From assembly GCA_964252035.1 (NCBI GenBank), contig OZ176214.1: a DNA stretch of 64,000 nucleotides, one strand, 5' to 3'. This DNA is from Podarcis erhardii. Lineage: Eukaryota. The stretch's first letter is position 1. Every line of letters starts with the position of its first letter. This document shows positions 1-12,954 of this stretch, piece by piece. A program made the translations under genes and the position numbers. A model generated the notes under the pieces. The model saw only the letters and a program-made list of their open reading frames with translations. It was not told where the DNA came from and did not search any database.

Positions 1-1335
1 GTTTGTCAGAACTACTGCAACATATTTTGTGTTGGACTGTCTTGAAGATGGTCTGGAAATGCAGAATGTGACTGCCAGGATGATAAGCCTAATGAGACTA
101 GGTGTCACCAATTTTGAAAGTGTAGCATGCTGCCAAGTGTGAGATTCTGGGCCCAATTAAGAGTGTTTGTACTAGTAAGCCCTAAACTAGCTTATTAAAA
201 GTTTACCTCTCACAATATCAACTATCCCAGATCTTACAGTTGTCAGGAGATGCTATGATGGTGGTGCCACTGGTAGGTGTTGCCCAGCTGGAGCTGGCCT
301 GAAACAGAGCCTCTTCAACAGTGATTCCTCACTTATGGAATGCCATCTCTGATTAGTTGTGTTTCCTTCCCTCATCATTAACATTTAGATGTTGTTTTAA
401 ATCTTCCTTTTCACCCAGGCATTTGTTGGCTGAAATAGATTGTTCCTGCCAAACTTGAGATTGTTTATCTTTGAGAATATAGATTGGTTTTTAAAAAACA
501 AAATAAAATAAATTGTATTGTTTTTGTTGTTTACCATCCCAGGCAGCTTTGGGAGGAAGGCCAGAATAAATACATACAGTTGATGACCATTTTGCATGAG
601 GGTTTCATTCCTGGCCACTGTGCATGTATAAGCACCCCCCCCCCGTTCTGCTCTGCCCCCCTTCCACCCTTCCAGTGACCTGTTTAGTAACATTTTCAGG
701 TCAATTCCAGGTTTGGCACCTTGCACGCATGCACAATTGTGCATTGTTCAGATGCACATTAATTGGTCATTGCCTGTAATAAGTAAATAAGAGAAGCCAG
801 TACAGTAGTTGTTCTAACTGTATATTGGAATGAGACCATGTGACTTTCTTCCTCTTCAAGATCTCACTTTTGCATTGTACTCAGTCCTGCCAGAGGTGTT
901 CAGTTACAAACCTCAGCAAAAACTGGAGCAATTTCAGTTATTGCAAGATTTATTAGAGGGGTTTATTAAAGTGGTTTAGATGCTGTAGCTATCATTTGTG
1001 CTATAGTAATAAGATAGATTGTATTTTGTCTATTTAAGACAATTACTGTATGACATTTTAAGAGACCAAATCAGTGCTATTCTCTTTTTCATTGATCTTC
1101 TTCCTATAGGTTTTGCATTGTTTGAATGAATGTCTGTTCAATTTCACCCATATTTCCCATTAAACATTATTCATGGGCTTTTAGCCTTGCGGGGAAGGAA
1201 ATTAGGTAGGATTGTATTTAGTTACAAAATCTTTCTACATCTTTCCTATGCTAGGCTAATTTAAAGGGGTAAAATATGTCTGTTATGTATATTTTTAAAG
1301 TATTGTGAGCTATTCATCATCATATTCATCTACAG

Positions 1336-1459
1336 CAGTGATGTCCAAACTGTTTTGGGACTACAACTCCCATCATCCTTAGCTAACAGGACCAGCGGTC
1401 AGGGATGATGGGAATTGTAGTCCCAAAACAGCTGGAGGGCCAAGTTTGGCCATCACGTT
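1336..1459. mobile_element. hAT-type hairpin MITE
   Basis: Ends cagtgatgtccaaac and gtttggccatcac; internal inverted repeat tgggactacaactcccatcatcc / ggatgatgggaattgtagtccca; 8-bp flank atctacag on both sides. Confidence 0.78.
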
Positions 1460-2922
1460 ATCTACAGTGTCAGAATGGATGAGTTGATGGGAAATGCTTT
1501 TGTAAGTACCGGTAGTTTGTCTGTAAAAGGCCCACTGACCTTCTTCCTGGCATTAAGATTCAGAAACAAAAGTTGCTTTGGCAAAAATTCAAAATACGGT
1601 AACTAAAACAGTTCTAAAATGGTTCAAACAGTGAGAAGCATGAAATAGAAAACACCATTCCCATTTCTTGCAATTGTTTAACATTTCACTGGTTGCAATT
1701 TAGGTACGTTTTCTCAGCAGAAATCCTTTATGAGTTGAGGTGATGTGATGTTGTGGGAGTGCAAATAGGTGGGAGAGAGGCTTTTATAAGCAATGGCTGG
1801 GCTCCAAAAACAGCAGACCCACCACTTCAAAAATATTGGGGGGGGGGGACAAGTTAAAGAATCCATTGAACATACAATATTAATCTCATAGTGTCTTGGA
1901 TCCTGACTGATATCTTCCTATATCTCCTTTTTTAAAGTGGGCATTCAACCTATGGGCTTGTTCTTTTCTTTTCTTTTCTTTTTTGAATCTTGTTTTAGTA
2001 AATTATGACACTGGTTATTGTCAAGATAATGATGAGACATAAGGGAGGATCCAGTCATGTCTGTTTGTCAGTCCCAAGATGTTGAAACTTTATAAGCAAC
2101 TTTAATTATAAGCAAAAAGCTACAAAGAGGTAGTAAAGAAGATAGGTCCCTGGACCAGTGAACAAATCAGCCGCAACCTATTACTTGATGATATGTTGCC
2201 AGTGTGGCTTTTGGGTTCTGAACAGACATCCCAGTATTGGAAGATATCTAGTAGCTTTTACATATTATCTTCCTTATGATTGTTTACATTTTGTACCGAT
2301 TGTCTAAAATAAAACTAGGAACAATAGTCCCCTTAGAATCTAGAAATCCAACTTTTGTGCACTTAGAGATGCCTCCCCCCCCCTTATGTTTTAGGAAATG
2401 AGTCTATTTCCATTGGAAAACTCATGTTTTTATTATCCACCACAAAAATAATATTTGCCTTTATATGTCTAATGTTTGATTTAGCCCAATTTCACAGTTT
2501 AATGATCAGTGTTGTTTTGTGGATTCTGTATGTGCGTATGGATCTATATCCACAAAGCAGGAAATGGCACTTGGGTTGCTATGTATGTATCTGTAGTTTT
2601 TTTTGGATTCTAAGCTATTTGCACTGGATATCCTACTAACAATTTTCCTGTTTATATAGTAGTCAGTCTTCTGTCAAATATATTTGGATACATTTCTTCT
2701 TTGTATTAAAGGCAGAGTTGGAGGTGGCTGTAACAGTTCCAAGTGATTACCAAAATGAATAGAGCCAATGACCTTTTGGATGAAAACACTGTTAGTTTTG
2801 GACTGAAGTGCAAGATTCAGAAGCCTGTGGTGGTGCTGGGGAGAATCTGCTTGAATGAGTGTTTTAAAACACGTAGCCTGAAAAGAACAACTGTACTTTC
2901 AAACAAAGCAAACCTATTTCTA

Positions 2923-3331
2923 TTACAAAGGAATTTCAGAAATAGACTGGAAAGAGAAGCTGCTGAATTGCAACTTATTACCAAACTTAAAACCATGGAG
3001 AGACATGGTCTGAACAAAGACATTGGATTCTTATCTCATTATACATGACAAAGCCATTTTTCACCTTCTCACCCCTTGCTTTTTCCTGTAAGACCTATTG
3101 CAGTCGTTAAGAGTCGTCAACAGGCTCATCACAGCTATCTGCCAATCACCCATTCCCACCACCCTTCTGAGTAATACCCCTCCCCACCTTCTCACTATAT
3201 AGAAGGGTCTGGTGACTTCTGTTTCAGTGTATCTGAAGAAGTGTACATGCACACGAAAGCTCATACCAAGAACTAACTTAGTTGGTCTTTAAGGTGCTAC
3301 TGGAAGGAATTTTTTTATTTTGTTTTGACTA
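2923..3331 (+). mobile_element. 5'-truncated Penelope-like element (GIY-YIG C-terminus plus pseudo-LTR with hammerhead motif)
   Basis: Encodes LQRNFRNRLEREAAELQLITKLKTMERHGLNKDIGFLSHYT*, typical of PLE endonuclease ends. Flanked by ctatttcta at 2914-2922 and 3329-3337 (target-site duplication, TSD). The 3' part is nearly identical to 6220-6323. Confidence 0.85.
3229..3266 (+). ncRNA. Minimal type-I hammerhead ribozyme motif (PLE-associated)
   Basis: GTAT-CTGAAGA-A-GTGTACATGCACAC-GAA-AGCT-C-ATAC: helix I GTAT/ATAC, core CUGANGA and GAAA, helix II hairpin, palindromic AGCT in place of helix III. Confidence 0.75.
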
Positions 3332-3960
3332 TTTCTAAAAGGATTGTCATTGTGGGACAAAGTTGTGAACTGATGCCCTCTGCTTTGTATGTGATGAATA
3401 ATATATTACAACCTGAATCATTCTAGATCTGAAACAAAATATAGCACCAATGGGACCCTTGGAAAAGCGTTGTTTCACATTTTTGCTTTTCAAAACCAGC
3501 TTTTAAGGATCACTGTACAATGCTGTTTTAAATCAACTGCAATTTAAGACCAGTTGAATTTACTTGGAGGCAAATGTGTATAGGATTTGAGGTTAAAGTT
3601 ATTGTTGATGAATTGTTTACAATTTTTTCTATTCCTCCAGTTTAGTTGCATCCATAATTTGAGAGTAATTTGGGAAATCTAAATTTTCTTCTTACCCCCA
3701 AGAAATGCTGTTTAAATAAATGCATTATCCACTCTAGTATGGTCATACTCTTGATTGATAAGCTCCCTCTATTTGTAGAAGAATTGAAGGCATCATTTCA
3801 GAGAATCAATAAATGCTTGTATTGGGTAGGTGTACGTTGCTCTGCTCCAAAATTATGTGATAATAAGTCTCTATTCTGCTGGTTCTAGAGGACTCTCTTG
3901 TGGGCACTGGTCATGTTCAAATATCCTCTAATCATGTGATAAGCTTTAGGCAGTTCGGCA

Positions 3961-4195
3961 TACAATGGTACCTCGGTTTATGAACTTAATCCGTTCCGGA
4001 AGTCCGTCCTTAAACCGAAACCGTTTTTAAACCAAGGCACGCTTTCCCTAATGAGGCCTCCCACTGCTGGTGCCCTTCCACTGTTCGGCTTCTGTTCTTA
4101 GACCAAGGTAAAGTTCACACTACTTCCGGTTTTGCAGAATTTGTAAGCCAAATAGTTCGTAAGCAGGGCTGCTCTTAAACCAAGGTACCATTGTA
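3961..4195. mobile_element. pogo/Tigger-like MITE
   Basis: TA TSDs; 18-bp TIR CAATGGTACCT(C/T)GGTTTA. Confidence 0.85.
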
Positions 4196-6160
4196 CTGGC
4201 TTGCTCTGTCAGAAAGAGATGTAAGAGCTTAGAAAGGGAAAAGAATGTTACATGTAAATTATCACTTTTTTAAGGGATGCAGCCCAGCCTGGAGACTTTT
4301 CTTGATGGAGCTTCTGTGCACATGAGCATTTTATATATGTGGCCACTTCCATGTGTACACTGAATACTGAAATAACTAGAGCTGCTGCATGACGTGAGCA
4401 AATCCTGTAAGGGTGTAGAATGGAGTGTTAACTGTTGCAACAGACCAATTTATAAATTGTTACTTTACATCCTTATTGTAGGTATCTCAATGTTGCAGGT
4501 AGGCACATTCATTCAGAGTTTGTGGTTCAGTGCAGTAGTTTGATATTAAGAAAAGCATATGGTGCTTTACAAACCTTTCTTTAATTATAGTTTCACAATA
4601 TTTAACTGACCAAGGGATGAGTGGATCTTCCTGTTCTTTAAACTCACAAAAAGTCTAAATACATCCTTGTTCCGCTTTGCTATTAGCCCGAAAAGAGGTG
4701 TGTTAAGAGAGAATTGGGAGCAATTCTGATTTCACTAATGTTTTATACACATTTTATGTCTCTAAGTATTTTCTCAGAACAGGAAAAAATATACTAGATA
4801 TATACTAGAGGAAGTTTTCAGTTCATAGCAGTCAACACATTGATATTATGGCATCAAGTTTTACGGTTCTGAGAATTATTTTCAAAAAAGAATATAAAGT
4901 AAGCAGGGAAAGCTTTTCTTGAAACTAATTCAATAGCAGTTTGCACATATTAGTGCTTGTAAGATGCTTCATTGAGGGATTTCCTCAAAAAAGGTATAAA
5001 TTGTAAAATAAAAAATGAAATAAAAATGGCAATTTGTAGACATTGGGGGCAGTGTGGGAGTCCATGATTCAGATTTCCCCATACTTTCCTTTAGCAGTGC
5101 TGGGTAGCTGTACAACTAGAGCGCACACAGAATAGTGCAGAGAAGCAGAAATGGCAACTCCATCATGAACTTTCCTGATTTTTGAAGAGGCGCTCTCTTG
5201 TCATTTTTATTGTGTTGCTGGTGTGTTGGAAACAGTGGTAGTCAGAAAACAGTGGTGGTCAGCCTTCACATGAGGCTAATGTTAATGCAGAGTTTAAAAA
5301 GAAAACTTAGGTCTTTTTGCAGCTAGTTGCTAATGAGAGAGTAGAGCTTTGTGTAGTTTATGCTGCTGAGTCAACAAAGTTTTGGCACCACACTTAATTG
5401 GGTGAGTGGCATCTGGCAGTTTTAAGAAGTTGGGAATCAACCTCTGATATAGATGGGCCCTTTGTACAGGCACTTTAAGATGACTGTTCTCTTCCCTTTG
5501 GACAGATTCGTTCATACTGATGTTTAGCAGCTGTCCAGTCTTTGTCATCTCAAGTAACCCCTTGTGACAATATATGTGATTCCTATCAATCATTAAGGCA
5601 AATACCCTAGTCATTCAGATCTGCCATTGCACAATTTTCTTCAGTCTACAGTGGCAATATTTACAGCTGATGTTACAGTGAAATCAAGTGTTGCTCAATA
5701 TTTCAGCAAGCAAAGTAAATACATTCCTTAAATGAATAATTTCAGTACAAACCTATGTTGTTTAACATTTTTTAAAGGAAGGAAGGAACCAGAAGGGAAG
5801 GCAATATACATGCAATCATACTGAGGGCCTTTCTGTTTTCTAAGAAAATGATTTTTAAAAAATAATTATTTATTGGAAACATTTTGTGCATTTTAATTTT
5901 AAATATAAAAAAGCAAGCAGTTTTTGCTGAGGTTTGTAACTGAACACCTCTGGTAGGACTGAGTACAATTCTAAAATTTATACACCAGAATAAAAGGCCA
6001 AGGTTACCATATAAAGCATTATATCAACCAGCCAAAGGAGGTGGCACGGCAGTACCTAATATCATGTGGTATGCAGCAGCACATCTACATAGCATTTTTC
6101 TGAACAAACTAAAAAAATTCCTTCCAGTAGCACCTTAAAGACCAACTAAGTTAGTTCTTG

Positions 6161-6198
6161 GTATGAGCTTTCGTGTGCATGCACACGTCTTCAGATAC
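6161..6198 (-). ncRNA. Minimal hammerhead motif, minus-strand copy
   Basis: Reverse complement reads GTAT CTGAAGA C GTGTGCATGCACAC GAA AGCT C ATAC. Confidence 0.75.
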
Positions 6199-6219
6199 CT
6201 GAATCTTCTTCAGATACCT

Positions 6220-6257
6220 GTATCTGAAGAAGTGTGCATGCACACGAAAGCTCATAC
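6220..6257 (+). ncRNA. Minimal hammerhead motif, plus-strand copy
   Basis: GTAT CTGAAGA A GTGTGCATGCACAC GAA AGCT C ATAC; helix II is fully paired. Confidence 0.78.
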
Positions 6258-7419
6258 CAAGAACTAACTTAGTTGGTCTTTAAGATGCTACTGGAAGGAA
6301 TTTTTTTATTTTGTTTTGACTATGGCAGACCAACACGGCTACCTATCTGTAATAGCATTTTTCTGGTAATTCAAGGAGCTCAACAAATAGCTTGGCTAAA
6401 TATGGAAAACCCAGATGATCAGAATTCAATAAGAGGGGACCCATTTTGACGAATTAATATATTTTTTTATTGAGATAGAAAACCCCTTTTTATTATATAA
6501 TCTAAAAGTTTGGAAGAAATGGTTCCCACGGATGGCCTCTCAACCTTCTCCTGTAATACCATTGGCATTTCACCCTACTTTCTATAGCAGAGACAGAACA
6601 TTCCCCTTTGAAAAATGGCAAAATGTGGACCTGCTTTGGCTTAAAGACTTTTACAAAGAAAACACTCCTTTGTCTGGATTAATACTATAAGAATTGGTTC
6701 AAAACTTGTAACTTGTGACTTGTGAATAATAATAATAATTTTCTTACTTTATAATAACTAAATAACACAGATATTGCAAAAGTAATGCCATTCATTTTAC
6801 ATCTTATAGTATTATAATGTAAAGTTATCATTGTGGAACAAATCAGTATGATATTGTTTGTATGTTTCATTTAGGCCTATCTGTGTATTGTTTTACAACT
6901 GAATTACATAAAAAAACCCCTCTCAACTGACATCAAAATGTCATTTTCTTTGCTGAAACCTTGTATTAAGAAATAATAAATTAAATATTGGATTTTCTGT
7001 GAAAGGTGAAGTGCGTGAGGAATTAAATGGGTGGAGGGGGGTTGGAGGAGAGGAGCAAAGAACAGCTAATTTGTCCTTGGCTAGGGGATGCAATCTGGAC
7101 GGTTCTGCCAGGGGCACAAGATCACCTAGCTATGGCTGTGGACTGGGGGAGTGTCAAATTTTGGCTTCACTCCCCCCACCGCACACAATAAGGCAGTATG
7201 TGTTCCACGGGTTCTGTGTTGAAGTACTCTGGTGGCCCATTTGCTATGAAAAGTTGGACCACCCTGCTCTAAGAGGAGCCCAGGAGGGCCATACAACATC
7301 AGAGTTAATAATACAAAAATGAAAATATCAAAGAATAAAATTCCGCCATGTGCAGTAGTAACCATTTCTGCTAAAAACCATGGAACTGAGCAGCAGTCCC
7401 ACAATGCTACTCTTTGGTA

Positions 7420-8000
7420 GCAACCTTGCAGGTAGGTGTGGAGTTAGTTTAATACAGTGGCAACCCTCTGGGTTGCTCCAGATTGACACAATGTTTAATG
7501 ATGTGAAAAGCCACAGAGAGATCTAGGAGAATCAACAGGATTGAACTCCCTCTGTCTCCTGATAAAACTTATCAGTCAGGATGATCAATGCTGTTTTGGT
7601 GTCAAAACCAGATCTGAAGCCAGATTGAAATGGGTCCAGATAGGCTGCGTCTTCCAGGCACACCTGCAGCTTGCTGGCCACTACTCTTGATGATGTTGCC
7701 CAAGAAGGGAATGTTTGAGAGTGGGCATCAGTAGACTGGGACCAGGGATTTGTCTGTTCAGGAGGGGTTGTGCCACTACTTTCGTAGTGGAGGGTGTTAC
7801 TCTGCCTGTAGTGAATCACTTCCTGGACCCATGCTGTCTCTCCCTGCTAGATATTACCAGCTGTGAAAGGGTCAAGGAAGCATCTTCTTTACATTCTCAG
7901 GCTACAGTAACTGAGACTAATTCTATAATCTCTGGCCAGATGGTGCTCTGTTGGCCTCCAATAGACCTGCAATAGCTGTGGCACCAAGTTTGGAAGGACT
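7420..8000 (-). mobile_element. L2 LINE reverse-transcriptase fragment (degenerate)
   Basis: YLDPFQSGFRSGFDTKTALIILTD matches the L2/CR1-clade RT motif LDPFQSGFR..H.TETAL. Boundaries approximate. Confidence 0.65.
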
Positions 8001-8649
8001 AGGAGGAATTTTGACCTCAAAATGCTTCGCAATTCTGTCACAGAAGACGGCTGCATAGTTGCTTGTTTCTGAAACTGAGCTGGACTAAACCAGCTGCTTC
8101 ATGGCATGAAGCAGCTCTTCTGGGCACTTCACCAAGGACTCAGTGGATGGCTTCGCTGTCACCACCCCATGCTAGGTGCAATTATGCACTCTTAACTATG
8201 TTCGATCAATTTTTAGCAAAACCTATGCTACCTACACTCTAACCATTGGTTGGCCTGCTTCACTGTCTGGAGCTCTTCAGGAAGCTAAGGTACCTTCCCA
8301 ATTCCCCGAAATCAGTGGTAGCACTTTTGAATAATTGTGTTGCTTGGTGTCTCCATCTTGCCATTCTACAGCAAGACTAGGGCCTCAACAGGTGTGTGAG
8401 CCATATTGCCAGGAATGTCATCCATGCCATTACCCTGGGCTTATGCCCCTTATTTGAGGGATGAGGCCAGGACTTCAGAATGAGAGAGGGAATTGTCCTC
8501 TGAGCTAGTGGGGGGAAAGAAAACTGGAAGCATTTCTGCAAGAAGAACCCATGGTACTACTACCTCTCCATTCAAGGAAATTGTATTATCCTCTTCTGAC
8601 ATGGAACTGCAAACTTCACTCTCCTTTGGGGCCCACTACAGGTAAAGCA

Positions 8650-8970
8650 GGGGACGCGGGTGATGCTGTGGTCTAAACCACAGAGCCTAGGGCTTGCCGA
8701 TCAGAAGGTCGGCAGTTCAAATCCCCGCGATGGGCTGAGCTCCCGTTGCTCAGTCCCTTCTCCTGCCAACCTAGCAGTTCAAAAGTACGTCAAAGTGCAA
8801 GCAGATAAATAGGTACCACTCTGGCAGGAAGGTAAACGGCGTTTCCGTGCACTGCTCTGGTTCACCACATGACCTGGAAGCTGTACGCCGGCTTCCTCAG
8901 CCAATAAAGCAAGATGAGCACCGCAACCCCAGAGTTGTCCGTGACTGGACTTAATGTTCAGGGGTCCCTT
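8650..8970 (+). mobile_element. Sauria SINE, near full length
   Basis: gggacgcgggt head with A/B-box-like motifs, gcaagcagataaataggtacc core, ggggtcccttta tail. 13-bp TSD tacaggtaaagca at 8637-8649 and 8971-8983. Confidence 0.9.
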
Positions 8971-11968
8971 TACAGGTAAAGCAATTCTCCTCCCTGCTGG
9001 GGTATCATTCACAGCTATCTGAACATCACCATGGAGTGATCCTTCCATGAATACCCCTCCAACCATTGGATCACTCCCAATCCATTCTGTAGCAAATACT
9101 AGGTTACTTTGCTTCCTCTTCTCCTGTAGCTGACTTATAACTGATAAAGAAGAAATAACTATTTATGTGTGCTTGAGAATTAGGAGACACTGGAAATGTA
9201 GCTACTCTTACGAGAAGAGAAATTCTAAAGTGTAGTTCATGAAGTGACAGATGGTGTTTGGTCAAGTCAAACACCACTAATCAAATACCATAGATACCAT
9301 AGATGTTCACATTTAAATAAGTAAATCAAGGCTGTACACTTCTCAGAAATGCTCCATATTTCTATGAAAGGGGACTGATAAATTTTGTTAAGAGATGGCC
9401 AGTACAGTAGCTTGTTCATTAGGCATAGGAAACACATGAATAGTCTTTAGTGTGGTGTCTGTATGGAAAGGAAGGCAAACCAGATTAACAGGAGGAAATT
9501 TATGTATGTATATTAAAGAGTTCAGCTTACTGCATTATATCCTTGCAATAATCATGAGATAGTTTCTGGTCCAAGGTGGTTGAATGAACTTCATAGGCAG
9601 GAATGGATTTGAATGCAGCTTCCCCAGTCCATATCCACTGCACCAGGAGAAATTAACACTGAGAAAAAATGGGTGATTATCATTTTGTTGCTGAATCATG
9701 TAGAGGGGAAGGTATAACTGAAGTTTCATGCTTGGGTTAGATCTAGTCATGGACTGGTTTTGGTGCAGCTCCAAAAGTACAAATCAAATTGCAGAGTCTA
9801 CAGCCACAAAGAATTAACTGATATTATCAGAATTACATTTAGATTCATAGCAAGCTGAGCTCTAAGCCCGGTGGTGTTAGTCACTGTCTGAACCTCCATT
9901 ATTTAAAATGAAAATCTTACGTTTCTGACTTACACGGTAGATATAGATAAATGAGCTGCGGGCTGCAAAATTGTCTGTTTGTTGAGGATCGCGAGCTAGA
10001 GCGCTAGTACTAATGTAAGAAACATATGTGTCCAGCTATAGCGCTGAGAGCTGCTCCTTGGTAAAAGCCATTATATGGTACTGGTATGCTGCTCAGATTT
10101 CTGCATTATGGGGCAGATGTATCTGTGGGTGGGGTGGGGGTGGAGCAAGGAGGTGAGCAGTCTTGTAGCACAGAATCTTGAAAGTTTCCTGCCCTAAAAG
10201 TCAGGATATGAAAATAAAACATAACTCCACTAAATCCTAAGGGTAGAAAGGCAAGAGACAGAGATGGACTGCCTCATAGGATGGTTGTTTGTTTATTTAT
10301 TTGTTTTGCTAGCTCTGAAACATAGCTTTTACTGTGCCCTTTTGGCAATAAAGTTTAGCACGTGGGAAAGAAACCAGAACAGGAATGTATCATAGTTCTC
10401 CCACATCCCATCATGCTCACCTTGTGCCTTGGACCCCAGGAGCTTGGGGGAAAATGATGAAGCTGCCTATAATTATTTGATATTGCACCACAAGATCCTG
10501 TGAAAGTAATCTGCATGGTTTGATTTTCTTGCTGTCACTATAAGTGATGCCCTTACAAGTGACGCCCTGTTTCATATTGTCATATATCTTGATATAGTTT
10601 CCTACTGGCTATCCACTAAGCAGGAGAAATTTTTGCAGAACCTCACCAGTCATGGCATGTGCAGCTTCCACATTTCCAACCCTCCAAATATCTGGATAGT
10701 GTGGGGCACCAGGCAGTGCTGCCTTCTAGTTGATAGGTAAAGGAGACCCAGGACTCTAAGTTGCTCTTCTAAGAAACACGCTTGACTGGGAGGTCACTCC
10801 TGATACTGCTCACATGCCTAAGCACGTGAACTATATAGAAAACTGGGCTTAAGAACCAACATTTCTGAATTATTCAAGCCATGAATTTGACAAAGTGTTG
10901 GGAGGAAAAGCCAAACCAGTTTGATAGCAGTTTTTGGAAGGAGTTTACAGCACGGCAATGGCTTGTCCCAGTTAACAGTTGATCATCGGAAACATTCCAT
11001 TCTTATGACATGTTATTTTTTTCAGAGGATATATGCATCCAACTTTAATAAGATGGAGCCCTTTGCTTTAACATCTGGAGTCCAGTGAATAATGGTATTA
11101 ATTATAAAGAATAAAGAGTTAATAGCAAATTCTGCACAACAGAGGTTTTAACTTTTTCCATAGAGTTTGTTTATTGTATTTTGGCATGTAGAAGTGAATA
11201 CTTGTGGAAAATGTGCATAGTGACATAAGCAGTAAATTAGAATATTACACTGCTCAGATTTTAGGTACTAGAAATCTGCCATCAAACCTTGGCAGTCATT
11301 TCAAATCTTTCAGAGTTTAGTTCCTCCTCCCTGATCCCCTTGCTATCTTAGTTCTTTTGCCTCCACTGCTGCATTCCCTCTATCAGTCCAGGTTTTTGTT
11401 GCAGATGCTTTGTCCTTGAACAGTTAGCTTATGGACATTTTTCTTGAGTTATCCCCTCTACTATAAAGTTACATCTAGAAACCCAGTGAACTTGATAAAA
11501 TATATTAAACACTCACCAACTCAATACAAATTGAGCATTTATTAGCTAACATGGATGAACCCTTACCAGAAGGGCTTCATCTGTCTTTGTGGCTGTGTGC
11601 ATCCAGTAGAAATATATATTTAAAATAAATGTTTTGTACTGTGTTTAAACATGAATGTATACCTTTATCAGTGGGCAAAACATACAGTTTCATTATGGCT
11701 TGCATTCTGAACCAATGTGCTTAAACATTCCATGACATCAAAGCAGTTTAGCCAACAAAGTCGTGGAGGGATTAGGCTATCAATGCCTAGTAGTGATAAT
11801 GGCTGTATTATATCCCATATCATAGTCAATATGCTTATGAATACCAGTTGCTAGAAATCACACATGGGAGGGTGCTAGCGTGCATTTTGCTGATGGCCTT
11901 TCTTTAGGCATGTGGTTGGTTACTGTGAGAACAGAATGCTGGACTGGATAGGCTTCCTGGTTTGATAA

Positions 11969-12120
11969 TAATAGTTTATTATTTATACCATGCCCATCTG
12001 GCTGGGTTTCCCCAGCTACTCTGGGCTGCTTCCAACAAAGTATTAAAATACAATAGTCTTGTAAACATTAAAAGCTTCCCTAAACAGGGCTGCCTTCAGA
12101 TGTCTTCTAAAAGCAGAGCT
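11969..12120 (-). mobile_element. L2 LINE 3' end fragment
   Basis: aataataatagtttattatttatacc tail plus ccccagctactctgggctgcttccaac, typical of squamate L2 3' ends. Confidence 0.55.
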
Positions 12121-12168
12121 TTTCTTACACTGTGTTTAGCTGCATACATATACTAGTCAAGACTAACA

Positions 12169-12413
12169 TACAGTGGTACCACGGGTTAAGTACTTAATTC
12201 GTTCCGGAGGTCCGTTCTTAACCTGGAACTGTTTTTAACCTGAAGCACCACTTTAGCTAATGGGGCCTCCTGCTGTCGCCGTGCCCCCAGAGCACAATTT
12301 CTGTTCTCATCCTGAAGCAAAGTTCTTAACTGAAGCACTATTTCTGGGTTAGCGGAGTCTATAACCTGGAGCGTATGTAACCTGAAGCGTATGTAACCTG
12401 AGGTACCACTGTA
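12169..12413. mobile_element. pogo/Tigger-like MITE
   Basis: TA-CAGTGGTACC...GGTACCACTG-TA; subterminal repeats gcgtatgtaacctga; shares the aatccgttccgga motif with 3961-4195. Confidence 0.85.
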
Positions 12414-12747
12414 TGTAGTAATTTCACAGTAATGAATGCAATGCCTCTGGATGGCAGTTTCTGGAGAACAGCAGGAAATAACTATTATCCTTGTGGTCCT
12501 GCTTGGTCTGGTCCAGCAGGGTTTGGTCTGGTCCAGCAGGGGTGCTCTTAAACTGTTTTGTCTGTCCCAAATCTCTCTGGTAGTGAAAGAAGAAAAACTC
12601 TCTATCCACATAGTTAACATGACAACCTGGTTTAATAATGGACAGTGACTTGAGACAGAAGAGTTGTCATGTCCCTGATTCAGTTACCAGATTAAGACCA
12701 CATCCGTGCATTTCTGTTTCCCCTACACAAAGTTGATTTACGTAAAG

Positions 12748-12954
12748 CAGGCATGTCCAAAGTCTGTTTTAGGGGCCTAATCCGGTCTGCTGGTTGGTTT
12801 AATCCAGCCCCTGTGGCAGTAAATAAAAAATAAATAAATAAAAAAGCTCAACAACTTTGGGGTAAAATCGTAAAAAAGGTCAACCACTTTGGTCAGCCCT
12901 CACGCATGTTCACTTCAAATCTGGCCCTCTTTAAAAAAAGTTTGGGCACCCCTG
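12748..12954. mobile_element. hAT-type MITE
   Basis: Imperfect TIRs caggcatgtccaaa and tttgggcacccctg; gtaaag on both flanks. Confidence 0.65.

Larger units (their letters stand above)
6103..6351. mobile_element. Penelope-derived inverted (hairpin) mini-element with two hammerhead motifs
   Basis: Arms 6103-6198 and 6220-6315 are reverse complements with 3 mismatches. 14-bp TSD atagcatttttctg at 6089-6102 and 6352-6365. Confidence 0.88.
5973..6690 (+). mobile_element. L1/Tx1-like ORF2 fragment (post-RT region), interrupted by the Penelope mini-element
   Basis: Removing 6103-6365 gives a continuous frame KFIHQNKRPRLPYKALYQPAKGGGTAVPNIMWYAAAHLHSIFLVIQGAQQIAWLNME, matching the FIW..K.PRI....GGL.LPN...YY.A motif of L1-clade ORF2. 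It continues later as WKKWFPRMASQPSPVIPLAFHPTF. Confidence 0.7.

Noticed and set aside
2743-3048. 101-aa ORF as a host gene
   Set aside because: It is a chimera of flanking DNA and the Penelope endonuclease tail; the TSD at 2914-2922 marks the junction.
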